In this document: positions 45,464 to 53,826 of the stretch, one piece after another
Layout: every line of letters begins with the position of its first letter
How positions within the stretch are numbered: position 1 is the first letter of the stretch
DNA from: Patescibacteria group bacterium
Lineage (GTDB): Bacteria; Patescibacteriota; Minisyncoccia; Moranbacterales; UBA1568
Length of the DNA: 64,000 bases
Direction of reading: 5' to 3'
Assembly: GCA_038078615.1 (NCBI GenBank)
Contig: JBBTWT010000007.1
Span: 1,060 to 65,059, forward strand
Program-made: the position numbers and the translations under genes
Notes under the pieces: model-generated
The model's database searches: none
What the model saw: the letters and a program-made list of their open reading frames with translations, nothing else
What the model was told of the DNA's origin: nothing

Positions 45464-46399
45464 ATGGATTTTTTTTCGATGTTTCTTATCGTCGCCGGTC
45501 TCATGCTTTTTGAGACGGTGTCGAGTATCGACAACGCGGTTATCAATGCCGAAGTGCTGTCGACGATGGGACGGAAGGCGCGGCGATTTTTCCTGACATG
45601 GGGCATCTTTTTCGCCGTTTTCCTGGTGCGGGGGCTCCTGCCGTGGGGCATCGTGTTCGCGACCGTTCCGAGCCTCGGATTTCTCGGGTCATTCACTGCC
45701 ACGTTTTCCAATGATCCGAGCGTCGCGCAGGCGATCCAGTCATCGGCGCCGATTCTGCTTATGGGCGGCGGCATTTTCCTTTTGTTCCTGTTTCTGCACT
45801 GGCTCTTTCTCGAACCGAAACAGTTTGGTTTGCGCGGAGAATCATTTTTCTTGAGACAGGGCGCTTGGTTCTATGCCTCTGTTTCGATACTCCTCTCGGC
45901 TATCGTCTGGTTCGCGATGGAGATAAATCCGATGCTCGCGTTCGGAGCCGTGGTCGGGTCGACGGCGTTTTTCATCACGCACGGGTTCCGCCAGCATGCC
46001 GAAGAGACCGAGCGCAGGATGATGGGCAGTACCGCTATGTCGGATGTGAGCAAGATTCTCTTTCTCGAAGTGATCGATATGAGCTTCTCGATCGACGGCG
46101 TGCTCGGGGCGTTCGCCTTCACGCTGTCGGTGCCGCTCATCCTCCTTGGCAACGGCATCGGGGCCGTGATGGTGCGGCAGCTGACGATGGCGAACGTGGA
46201 ACGGGTGAAGAAATATGTGTTTCTCAAGAACGGCGCCATGTACTCGATCTTTTTTCTCGGTCTCGTGATGGTGACGGAAGCTTTTGGCGTGCATGTGCCG
46301 GAGTGGTTCGCTCCCGCCATGACATTCTTCATCATCGGCTATTTTTTCCGCCTGTCGCGGCAGAAACTGACGCTTGACAACGGCTTGCGGACTGTGTGA
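45464..46399 (+). CDS. DUF475 / TerC-like integral membrane protein
   Basis: FETVSSIDNAVINAEVL and FSIDGVLGAFAFT repeated motif, plus multiple TM segments. Confidence 0.7.
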   Translation: MDFFSMFLIVAGLMLFETVSSIDNAVINAEVLSTMGRKARRFFLTWGIFFAVFLVRGLLPWGIVFATVPSLGFLGSFTATFSNDPSVAQAIQSSAPILLMGGGIFLLFLFLHWLFLEPKQFGLRGESFFLRQGAWFYASVSILLSAIVWFAMEINPMLAFGAVVGSTAFFITHGFRQHAEETERRMMGSTAMSDVSKILFLEVIDMSFSIDGVLGAFAFTLSVPLILLGNGIGAVMVRQLTMANVERVKKYVFLKNGAMYSIFFLGLVMVTEAFGVHVPEWFAPAMTFFIIGYFFRLSRQKLTLDNGLRTV

Positions 46400-46445
46400 A
46401 AAAAAGGTACTATATCGATGGAAAGAATTGGCGCGGTTTTTTCCA

Positions 46446-46847
46446 ATGAACCGGTTAATCCGTACTATTGCAAGCCTTATGACAGACAATGTGAAGGACA
46501 GGGATTTTATTGAATATGCGGTCAAGATGATCGTAGACAATCCGGATGATGTGAAGGTGGAGAGGAAGATAGACGAGATGGGCGTGCTGATCACACTCGA
46601 TGTGAATCCCAAGGATATGGGGATGGTCATCGGCCGCGAGGGCATGACGGCCAAGGCGCTCCGTACGCTGCTCCGCGTCATCGGCGCGCGCAACAGCGCC
46701 CGTGTCAACTTGAAAATCAACGAACCAGAAGGATCCGACCGTCCGCCGCGCGAACCGAGAGAGTTTCGCACGGAACGCACAGAACGACCCGCCGCTCCGG
46801 AGGAGAAGAAAACGTTGGATGACGTTATGAACGATATCCAGATTTAA
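46446..46847 (+). CDS. KH-domain RNA-binding protein (UPF0109 / YlqC-like) with a basic/acidic tail
   Basis: IEYAVKMIVDNPDDVKVE...VNPKDMGMVIGREGMTAKALRTLL (GxxG KH loop). Start is uncertain; ATG 46479 is equally plausible. Confidence 0.7.
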   Translation: MNRLIRTIASLMTDNVKDRDFIEYAVKMIVDNPDDVKVERKIDEMGVLITLDVNPKDMGMVIGREGMTAKALRTLLRVIGARNSARVNLKINEPEGSDRPPREPREFRTERTERPAAPEEKKTLDDVMNDIQI

Positions 46848-46893
46848 GCAGTGTTGAGCGATGAAGCAATAGCGTATACCCGAATATTTGACA

Positions 46894-46929
46894 GCCGCCC
46901 ATGGTGATTTGATGGGCGGCTTTGATTTT
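46894..46929 (+). terminator. Intrinsic terminator
   Basis: GCCGCCCAT-9 nt-ATGGGCGGC followed by TTTGATTTT. Confidence 0.7.
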
Positions 46930-46979
46930 CTCAAGGAAATATCTTACACTGGAGGAATGATTCTTGATTACCGCAGCGT

Positions 46980-47534
46980 ATGAATGTCATCAAAACAGCC
47001 TTAGATGGAGTGATGATCATCGAGCCGGACGTATTCGCGGACGAGCGCGGGTTTTTTATGGAGGCGTTCGAGGAAAAACGGTATCAACGGGCATTGGGTC
47101 TGTCAGAACACTTCGTACAGGATAATCTATCACTGTCGAAAAAGGGTGTGCTGCGCGGCCTGCACTATCAAGCGCCGCCCTATGGACAGGGGAAACTCAT
47201 CTCCGTGCTCTCGGGTAGCGTGCTCGACGTGGCGGTGGATATCCGCCATGGTTCGCCGACGTTCGGCCAGCATACCACAATAGAACTTTCCGGCGAGAAT
47301 CATCGACAGTTGTTCGTGTCGGCGGGATTCGCGCACGGGTTCGTCGTGCTCTCCGACTCGGCGCTGTTCGCGTACAAATGCACCAACGTGTATTCGCAGG
47401 AGCATGATCGCAGCATCCTCTGGAACGATCCGGCACTCGGCATCGACTGGGGCATAGCCGATCCGATCGTCTCGGAGAAGGATCAGCGGCATCCGCTGCT
47501 TGCGGACATCCCGCAGGAATATCACTTTTCATGA
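46980..47534 (+). CDS. rfbC: dTDP-4-dehydrorhamnose 3,5-epimerase
   Basis: DERGFF.E, RGLHYQ, and the GFAHGF cupin pattern. Confidence 0.9.
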   Translation: MNVIKTALDGVMIIEPDVFADERGFFMEAFEEKRYQRALGLSEHFVQDNLSLSKKGVLRGLHYQAPPYGQGKLISVLSGSVLDVAVDIRHGSPTFGQHTTIELSGENHRQLFVSAGFAHGFVVLSDSALFAYKCTNVYSQEHDRSILWNDPALGIDWGIADPIVSEKDQRHPLLADIPQEYHFS

Positions 47535-47538
47535 TTAT

Positions 47539-47655
47539 AGAAAAGATTTCAAAAGTTTTTAGATGAACCGCGCCGAAGCGGTTTCGCCACATGGTTCCCT
47601 GCCCGAAGTGCTACATCGTGGCAGGCGGGCCTAAAAAACTTTTGAAATCTTTTCT
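47539..47655. repeat. Rod-like hairpin (MITE-like) element, long copy
   Basis: 23/24-bp terminal inverted repeats: AGAAAAGATTTCAAAAGTTTTTAG with CTAAAAAACTTTTGAAATCTTTTCT. The inner core is shared with 25098-25136. Carries an extra hairpin CTGCC..GGCAG. Confidence 0.9.
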
Positions 47656-47690
47656 GGAAGCTGTCTTTATCTTTAGTGACCTATCTCTTT

Positions 47691-48668
47691 ATGAAACTAT
47701 TAGTTACAGGCGGAGCCGGTTTCATCGGTTCCAACTTCATACATCATATCCTTACGGCATATCCGGAATATCAGGTGACCAATCTGGACGCCTTGACGTA
47801 CGCGGGGAATCTGGAAAATCTGAAAATATGGGAACATGATGCGCGCCACCGTTTCGTGAAGGGCGGCGTGACAGACAAGGAGCTCGTGGATGGTCTCGTC
47901 GCGGCGTGCGATATCGTGGTGCATTTCGCGGCGGAGTCCCACGTAGATCGCTCGATTATGGATCCGAGCGCTTTCGTGGATACCAATATCAGAGGAACGT
48001 ACGTGTTGCTTGAAGCGGCGCGCAAACACGGCAGGCGTTTCCATCATATCTCGACGGACGAGGTATTCGGTGCGCTCGGTCCGGATGATGCACCGTTTGA
48101 CGAGGAGACAGCGTATGACCCGCGTAGTCCCTACAGCGCGTCGAAAGCGGCGTCGGACCATCTGGCGCGCGCGTATTTCCATACCTATGGTCTGCCGGTC
48201 ACGATTTCCAACTGCTCCAACAATTATGGGCCATACCATCTGCCGGAGAAACTGATTCCGCTTGCAATCACGAATCTTATCGAAGGAAAGAAAGTGCCGG
48301 TCTATGGCGATGGTCTGCAGGTGCGTGACTGGCTCTACGTTGAGGATCATTGTAGGGCGATCGATCTCATCATCCATCAGGGGCAACTCGGCGAGACCTA
48401 CTGCGTCGGCGGGAACGGTGAGCGGGAGAATACCTGGATCGTGAAAAAACTGCTGGCAATGCTCGGCAAAGATGAGAGAATGATCGAATATGTGAAGGAT
48501 CGCCCCGGCCACGACCGTCGCTATGCCATCAATTTTTCAAAAATTCAGCAGGAGCTCGGCTGGCAGCCAACCGTGACTTTGGAAGAGGGTTTGCAAAAAA
48601 CGGTGAAGTGGTTCCAAGACAACAAATCCTGGTGGAAGAATGCCCGCCAGAAACGCTATCACGCCTAG
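47691..48668 (+). CDS. rfbB: dTDP-glucose 4,6-dehydratase
   Basis: VTGGAGFIGSNF, YSASKAASDHL, and the NYGPYHLPEKLIP motif. Confidence 0.95.
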   Translation: MKLLVTGGAGFIGSNFIHHILTAYPEYQVTNLDALTYAGNLENLKIWEHDARHRFVKGGVTDKELVDGLVAACDIVVHFAAESHVDRSIMDPSAFVDTNIRGTYVLLEAARKHGRRFHHISTDEVFGALGPDDAPFDEETAYDPRSPYSASKAASDHLARAYFHTYGLPVTISNCSNNYGPYHLPEKLIPLAITNLIEGKKVPVYGDGLQVRDWLYVEDHCRAIDLIIHQGQLGETYCVGGNGERENTWIVKKLLAMLGKDERMIEYVKDRPGHDRRYAINFSKIQQELGWQPTVTLEEGLQKTVKWFQDNKSWWKNARQKRYHA

Positions 48669-48711
48669 CGGGATTGCGGGCTGGTGAAATCCGGAGCGTA
48701 CCAGCAGTATT

Positions 48712-49421
48712 ATGAGGAACAGTATAAAAAACGCTAGAGAATCTATGAAATCAGGAAAACACATTGTTATATTTTCTCACGGATTTGGGGTACGCAAAGA
48801 AGCTCGTGGTCTTTTTTCTGATATCTCGTCCGTTCTTGATGATACGGAATTAGTTTTGTTTGATTACAACATTGTAGACGAAACGGAGAACACGACCACC
48901 CTTCGCCCGTTGAGTGAACAAGCCCGAATATTTTCAGAAAAAGTCAAGGAGGCGAGAGAACGCTATCCTGATGCAGTGGTGGACGCGGTTTGTCATTCGC
49001 AGGGAGCCATATCTCGGTGGCACTTGCTGATTTGCATCATGTGCCCATTCGGAAAATCATTCTGATCGCTCCGCCGGTTACCATGAATCTCGAACGCATG
49101 ATGAATGCTTTCAAATCCCGGCCCGGTACGAAGATAGACATGAATAGCACATCCAGAATTGTGCGCAGTGACGGGAGTATCACGCTTGTACCGAGTAAAT
49201 ATTTCATTGAGCGCACAATGATACAACCGATGCGGTTGTATAATGAGCTCGCAAAGGTTACAGAGCTTGTTATTATCAGGGCGAAACAGGACAATGTCCT
49301 GGGTGAAACGGAATTTTCCGTATTGAAAAACGTACGGCTCATAGAACTTGACGGGGATCATGAGTTTTCTGGAGACTCCAGGAAAGGGTTATTGGAAACA
49401 GTAGCGAAAGCAATACTATGA
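48712..49421 (+). pseudogene. Alpha/beta hydrolase with a 1-nt frameshift at the nucleophile elbow
   Basis: ORF A ends ...VVDAVCHSQGAISRW. ORF B in the -1 phase continues ISVALADLHHVPIRKIILIAPP. The join is at about 49006-49012, and together they give HGFG...CHSQGA-ISVALA...GDH. Confidence 0.6.
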
Positions 49422-50080
49422 AAATAACGAAATTCGGGCACTGTTGTCTGCTTATTGAAGTGAAGGAGCTTCGCATCCTGACCGATCCGGGAAATTATAA
49501 CGTGACACCAGATGTCGGGGATATCGATATTATTCTGATCACGCACGAGCACCCGGATCATCTGCACATCGATTCTTTGAAAGTGGTACTAGCAAAAAAT
49601 CCGGAGGCGAAAGTCATCTCGCATAGGGGAGTTGGCAGGATCCTCGATGAAGCCGGTATCACATATACGCTCATTTCCGATGGTGAAGAAAAGCAGATCA
49701 AAGATGTCAGTATCGAAAGCTGTGGGACCGAACACGCCTGTATTCATCATGATCTCCCGGCTCTTATGGTACAAAACACGGGATTCTACATCGACAAAAC
49801 GTTTTTCTATCCCGGCGATTCTTTCCATAATCCGCACAAAGACATTACTATCCTCGCTCTTCCCGTTTCCGGCCCTTGGATGAAAATTTCAGAGGCGGTC
49901 GAATATGCCAAAGCGATCAAACCAAAAGCGGTGTTCCCCGTACACGACGGCATGCTCCGCCAAGATCATCGCCTCGGCCCTACTCGCCGCGTCCCCACGG
50001 CCATTCTCGAGCCCCTCGGCATCAAATACATCGACATGACCGAAGGATCAGTACAGGACTTTTCCAGTTTTCTGGCGTGA
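49418..50080 (+). CDS. MBL-fold metallo-hydrolase
   Basis: ILITHEHPDHL (HxHxDH) motif and the later H and D ligand pattern. Confidence 0.8.
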   Translation: MKITKFGHCCLLIEVKELRILTDPGNYNVTPDVGDIDIILITHEHPDHLHIDSLKVVLAKNPEAKVISHRGVGRILDEAGITYTLISDGEEKQIKDVSIESCGTEHACIHHDLPALMVQNTGFYIDKTFFYPGDSFHNPHKDITILALPVSGPWMKISEAVEYAKAIKPKAVFPVHDGMLRQDHRLGPTRRVPTAILEPLGIKYIDMTEGSVQDFSSFLA

Positions 50081-50149
50081 CATTCAGCGCGATGTTCTTC
50101 AGGAGGACGTTTGTGGGATGATCATCGTGTATATTGCTACATATCTACA

Positions 50150-50187
50150 CCTACACATCTATGTGCGACCGCACAGAGATGTGTAGG
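50150..50187. repeat. Palindromic repeat, copy 2 of 3
   Basis: CCTACACATCT-at-GTGCG-ac-CGCAC-ag-AGATGTGTAGG, ending 10 nt upstream of ATG 50198. Confidence 0.9.
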
Positions 50188-50197
50188 TCACAAAGGC

Positions 50198-50806
50198 ATG
50201 GAAGAAAAAACAAAAGCAACCAAACAAAATGGAATAACAAGGAAAATTCCCTATGGCCTTATTGGCAGGGTATTTCTAGGCTCCATAGCGGCAGTGGGGA
50301 TGGTGAGTCTCGCGGTGGCTGCACCGAACGCGATCCAGATAGCGAAGTTGTTTCAGGGACGCAGGCAGAGCTACTTTCGTCGCTATCAGGCTCCGTCGTA
50401 TGTGCGAAAAACCTTGAAAAGCCTGCATCGTCGTGGAATGGTGAGAATTTCAGAGCGGCAGGGCGAAGCGAAAGTGTATCTGACGGACAAGGGCAGGCGT
50501 GAGTTACTCAAATATAAACTCCTGGAAAAACGTTTGGAGAAGCGTCATTGGGATAAGAAATGGCACATCATCATATTTGACATTGAGGAGAAGCGTCGCT
50601 CGGCGCGCAATTGTATTCGGAAAGATATGCAATCATTTGGTTTCGCGAAACTTCAAGAAAGTGTCTGGGTGTATCCGTACGAATGTGAGGAAGCTATCAC
50701 GCTGCTGAAGACGCAGTACAAGATGGGGAAGGAACTCGTCTATATCGTTGCGGGAGACATCGAGAATGACGGATGGCTGCGGAAAAAATTCAAGCTGGAA
50801 AACTGA
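50198..50806 (+). CDS. PaaX-C / Cas2-like fold wHTH protein with N-terminal TM (putative regulator)
   Basis: TM segment, then LKSLHRRGMVRISERQGEAKVYLTDKGR (winged helix), then WDKKWHIIIFDIEEKRRSARNCIRKDMQSFGFAKLQESVWVYPY (PaaX C-domain / Cas2-like pattern). Confidence 0.6.
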   Translation: MEEKTKATKQNGITRKIPYGLIGRVFLGSIAAVGMVSLAVAAPNAIQIAKLFQGRRQSYFRRYQAPSYVRKTLKSLHRRGMVRISERQGEAKVYLTDKGRRELLKYKLLEKRLEKRHWDKKWHIIIFDIEEKRRSARNCIRKDMQSFGFAKLQESVWVYPYECEEAITLLKTQYKMGKELVYIVAGDIENDGWLRKKFKLEN

Positions 50807-50827
50807 AAATATATGTTATTCTTGTGC

Positions 50828-50863
50828 CTACACATCTATGTGCGGTCGCATATAGATGTGTAG
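50828..50863. repeat. Palindromic repeat, copy 3 of 3
   Basis: CTACACATCTATGTGCGGTCGCATATAGATGTGTAG, starting 22 nt after the stop of the PaaX-like gene. Confidence 0.9.
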
Positions 50864-50967
50864 ATGCTGATACCGATGAGTGAGAAGATCGGCAGAATGT
50901 TCGGAGCAAGTGGGAGAGAAGTATGATATCTTGATATTGCGAAATATTTCCCAGCAGCTTCTTGTTT

Positions 50968-50976
50968 TGGTACACT
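50968..50976 (+). promoter_or_regulatory. Extended -10 promoter for rfbD
   Basis: TGgTACACT about 30 nt upstream of ATG 51006. Confidence 0.4.
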
Positions 50977-51005
50977 AGGGAGACGAACAGTAAAGGTATA
51001 TCACT

Positions 51006-51932
51006 ATGGAACAAAAGAAAGTATTGATACTGGGGGGCAGGGGGATGCTCGGGCAGGAGCTCGTGCGGGTTTATGGCGAGGATGTCGGATATGCGGTTGC
51101 CGGATGGGATCGCGATGATATCGATGTGACGGATTTTGCGGTGGCGGAGAAAAAGATCAGGGAATATGCCCCGGACATCATCATCAACGCCGTCGCGTAC
51201 AATGCCGTGGACACGTGCGAAGAAAGTGATGAGGAGTATGCGAAAGCGCTGCTGCTCAACGCCGATGTGCCGAAATTTCTCGCGACGCTTGCCAAGGATA
51301 TGGACGCGATATTCGTCCACTATTCGTCGGACCACGTGTTCGACGGAGCCTTGGAAGAAAACAAAATGAAAACGGGCTGCTGTGGCGGGGGGTGTTGCGG
51401 GGCCAAGGCCTCTGCCGTAGGGTATGACGAGACATCGGTACCCAATCCCATTACGCGCTATGGCGAGAGCAAGCTGGCAGGGGAAAGAGCGGTGCAGGCA
51501 TCCGGCGGAAAATTCTATCTCATCCGACTCTCGAAACTCTTCGGCAAGCCAGCGGTGTCGGAAGCGGGGAAGAGAAGTTTTTTTGAAGTGATGCTGGAGA
51601 AAGGAAAGGCGGGGGGCGCGGTGAACGTCGTAGATGGTGAGACGAGCTGTTTCACGTATGCGCCGGATCTGGTGCAGGCGACGAAGGCGCTGATACAGGA
51701 TGGCGCTTCGTATGGCATCTATCATCTGGCCAATGAGGGAGCCGTGACATGGTACGAGGCGGCCGTAGAACTCTTCAAGATAGCCAAAATGGAGGTGTCC
51801 GTGAAGCCGGTTGATGCGGATGCATTCCAGCGCTCTGCCAAGAGACCGAAAAACTCTACTTTGCTCAACACGAAACGTCCCGCTTTGCGTCTTTACACGG
51901 AAGCGTTGAAAGAATTTTTGAAGAATGTTTGA
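51006..51932 (+). CDS. rfbD: dTDP-4-dehydrorhamnose reductase
   Basis: ILGGRGMLG, YSSDHVFDG...YGESKLAGE and RPKNSTLL. About 20-aa Cys/Gly-rich insertion at 51348-51409. Confidence 0.85.
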   Translation: MEQKKVLILGGRGMLGQELVRVYGEDVGYAVAGWDRDDIDVTDFAVAEKKIREYAPDIIINAVAYNAVDTCEESDEEYAKALLLNADVPKFLATLAKDMDAIFVHYSSDHVFDGALEENKMKTGCCGGGCCGAKASAVGYDETSVPNPITRYGESKLAGERAVQASGGKFYLIRLSKLFGKPAVSEAGKRSFFEVMLEKGKAGGAVNVVDGETSCFTYAPDLVQATKALIQDGASYGIYHLANEGAVTWYEAAVELFKIAKMEVSVKPVDADAFQRSAKRPKNSTLLNTKRPALRLYTEALKEFLKNV

Positions 51933-51948
51933 GAAAAAATTGAGGAAT

Positions 51949-52005
51949 AAAAAAACCGCTCCGGATCATTCACAATGATTCTTGTGAACAATCCGAGAAC
52001 GGCGG
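51949..52005 (-). terminator. Terminator for the minus-strand gene 52031-52429
   Basis: On the minus strand, an imperfect long hairpin (CCGCCGTTCTCGGAT...ATCCGGAGCGG) is followed by T7. Confidence 0.5.
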
Positions 52006-52030
52006 TGTCGGTCTGGCCCGTTTATTGGAA

Positions 52031-52429
52031 TCACGGGCTGCCGAGAATGATATCCCCGACGATAAGGGAATAGGAAGCCTCCTTGCTTTTCAGGACACGG
52101 ACATGACAGTCCTGAAAGGTGTTATAGGAGATCCCGTTTCCAAATACTACGGAAAATTTTTCGAAGTGGCGTCCGGACAGCGTCTCCCCTGTGTTTCGTT
52201 GGACGAGGACGGCCATCTTGTCCCCATCCTTAAAATCACTGCCACAAACAACGAGGTCGCCTTCCTTGGCCTTTTTGAGAACTTCCAAGTTTTTTTCCTG
52301 GCGGGATGCCGCTTCTTTGTCGGGGGTGGAGTTTTGTTGGTTCTCATTGATGATAATGACCAGGAATATTATCATTATGCCCACCACGACTCCAAGTACA
52401 AACACTATAAACCGTTCACTTTTACTCAT
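52031..52429 (-). CDS. Hypothetical membrane-anchored protein
   Basis: 132-aa ORF with GAGGAAA 7 nt upstream and N-terminal TM FIVFVLGVVVGIMIIFLVIII. AT-richer than its neighbours by eye. Confidence 0.55.
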   Translation of the reverse strand: MSKSERFIVFVLGVVVGIMIIFLVIIINENQQNSTPDKEAASRQEKNLEVLKKAKEGDLVVCGSDFKDGDKMAVLVQRNTGETLSGRHFEKFSVVFGNGISYNTFQDCHVRVLKSKEASYSLIVGDIILGSP

Positions 52430-52510
52430 GTTAATTTCCTCATCAGTGGATGGATGGTAGGTAGAAACAAATTTTTAAACAACAATGTAGTATACATCCT
52501 TTTTGTATTT

Positions 52511-52548
52511 TTGTCAATAGTGCGGAAAGAGAGTATATTTGGTACGAT
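52511..52548 (+). promoter_or_regulatory. Promoter region for glyA (two overlapping candidates)
   Basis: TTGTCA-17 nt-TATATT (52511-52539) and TGgTACGAT (52540-52548). Confidence 0.4.
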
Positions 52549-52581
52549 GAAGATGTTTTAAGGTTGCTTTGACTCTATATT

Positions 52582-53823
52582 ATGAAACACGATCTGCTGA
52601 AAAAGTCGGATAAGCATGTATGTGCGGCGGTGCAGGGCGAGGAGAAGCGCCAAGAAGAAGGGCTCGAGATGATCGCTTCGGAGAACTATGTTTCCAGGGC
52701 GGTACTGGAGACGCTCGGGACGGTGTTCACGAACAAATACTCCGAAGGCTATCCCGGACACCGCTATTATGGCGGGCAGGAATGGACGGACGCCGTGGAG
52801 ACGCTTGCGATCGAGCGGGCGAAGAAACTCTTCGGCGCACAGCATGTGAACGTGCAACCGCTTTCCGGTGCACCGGCCAATCTGGCTGCGTATGCGGCGA
52901 TACTCGCGCCGGGCGATACGGTGCTCGGCATGGACCTGTCGCACGGCGGACATCTGACACACGGTCATCCGATGACGTTTCCGGCGAAGATATACCGCTT
53001 CGTGGGCTATAAGACGGAACCGGACGGGACGATCGATTATAAAAAATTAGAGACGCTCGCGAAAAAAGAAAAACCGAAATTGCTGCTCGCGGGGTTTTCT
53101 TCGTACACGCGGCAGCTGGATTATGCGAAAATTTCCGCCATCGCCAAGAAAGTTGGCGCATACTCGATGATGGATATGGCGCACATCGCCGGACTCGTAG
53201 CGGGCAAAGTCGTACCCAATCCGGTGCCGTACTTCGATATCGTGACGACGACGACACACAAGACGCTCCGCGGACCGCGCGGCGGGATGATCCTCTGCAA
53301 ACAGACACTGGCCCAAGCGGTGGACAAAGCGGTGTTTCCGGGACTGCAGGGCGGGCCGCATATGAATATCATCGCAGCCAAAGCGGTGGCGTTCGGCGAA
53401 GCGCTCAAGCCGGATTTCAAGCAATACGCCAGACAGGTGCTCAAGAATGCCAAGGTGCTCGAGCGTGAGATGATGAAGCGCGGATACAGGATCCTCTTCG
53501 GCGGAACGGAGAATCATATGATTATGGTGGATGTTTTCTCTTCGCTCGGTATCTCTGGCAAAGTCGCGGAGCATGTTCTTGACGAAGTCGGTATCACGGT
53601 GAACAAGAATATGATTCCCGACGATCCGCGCTCGCCGTTTGATCCGTCGGGTATTCGTATCGGCGTGCCAGCCATCACGACGCGCGGGATGAAGGAGCAA
53701 GAAGTGAAGGAACTCGCACACATCATGGATGAGGCGATGCGCAACCTGGCTGACAGAAAGACGCTGAAACGGCTGCGTGAAGAAGTGAAAAAAATGTGCA
53801 GGAAATTTCCATTGTATAAATAA
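52582..53823 (+). CDS. glyA: Serine hydroxymethyltransferase
   Basis: SENYVSRAV, NKYSEGYPGHRYYGG, and TTTTHKTLRGPRGG (PLP lysine). Confidence 0.95.
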   Translation: MKHDLLKKSDKHVCAAVQGEEKRQEEGLEMIASENYVSRAVLETLGTVFTNKYSEGYPGHRYYGGQEWTDAVETLAIERAKKLFGAQHVNVQPLSGAPANLAAYAAILAPGDTVLGMDLSHGGHLTHGHPMTFPAKIYRFVGYKTEPDGTIDYKKLETLAKKEKPKLLLAGFSSYTRQLDYAKISAIAKKVGAYSMMDMAHIAGLVAGKVVPNPVPYFDIVTTTTHKTLRGPRGGMILCKQTLAQAVDKAVFPGLQGGPHMNIIAAKAVAFGEALKPDFKQYARQVLKNAKVLEREMMKRGYRILFGGTENHMIMVDVFSSLGISGKVAEHVLDEVGITVNKNMIPDDPRSPFDPSGIRIGVPAITTRGMKEQEVKELAHIMDEAMRNLADRKTLKRLREEVKKMCRKFPLYK

Positions 53824-53826
53824 ACT

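Noticed and set aside
46957-46983. 8-codon upstream ORF (MILDYRSV) with a GGAGGA RBS, overlapping the rfbC start as ATGA
   Set aside because: It is plausible as translational coupling but too short to support from sequence alone, so it is not reported as a feature.
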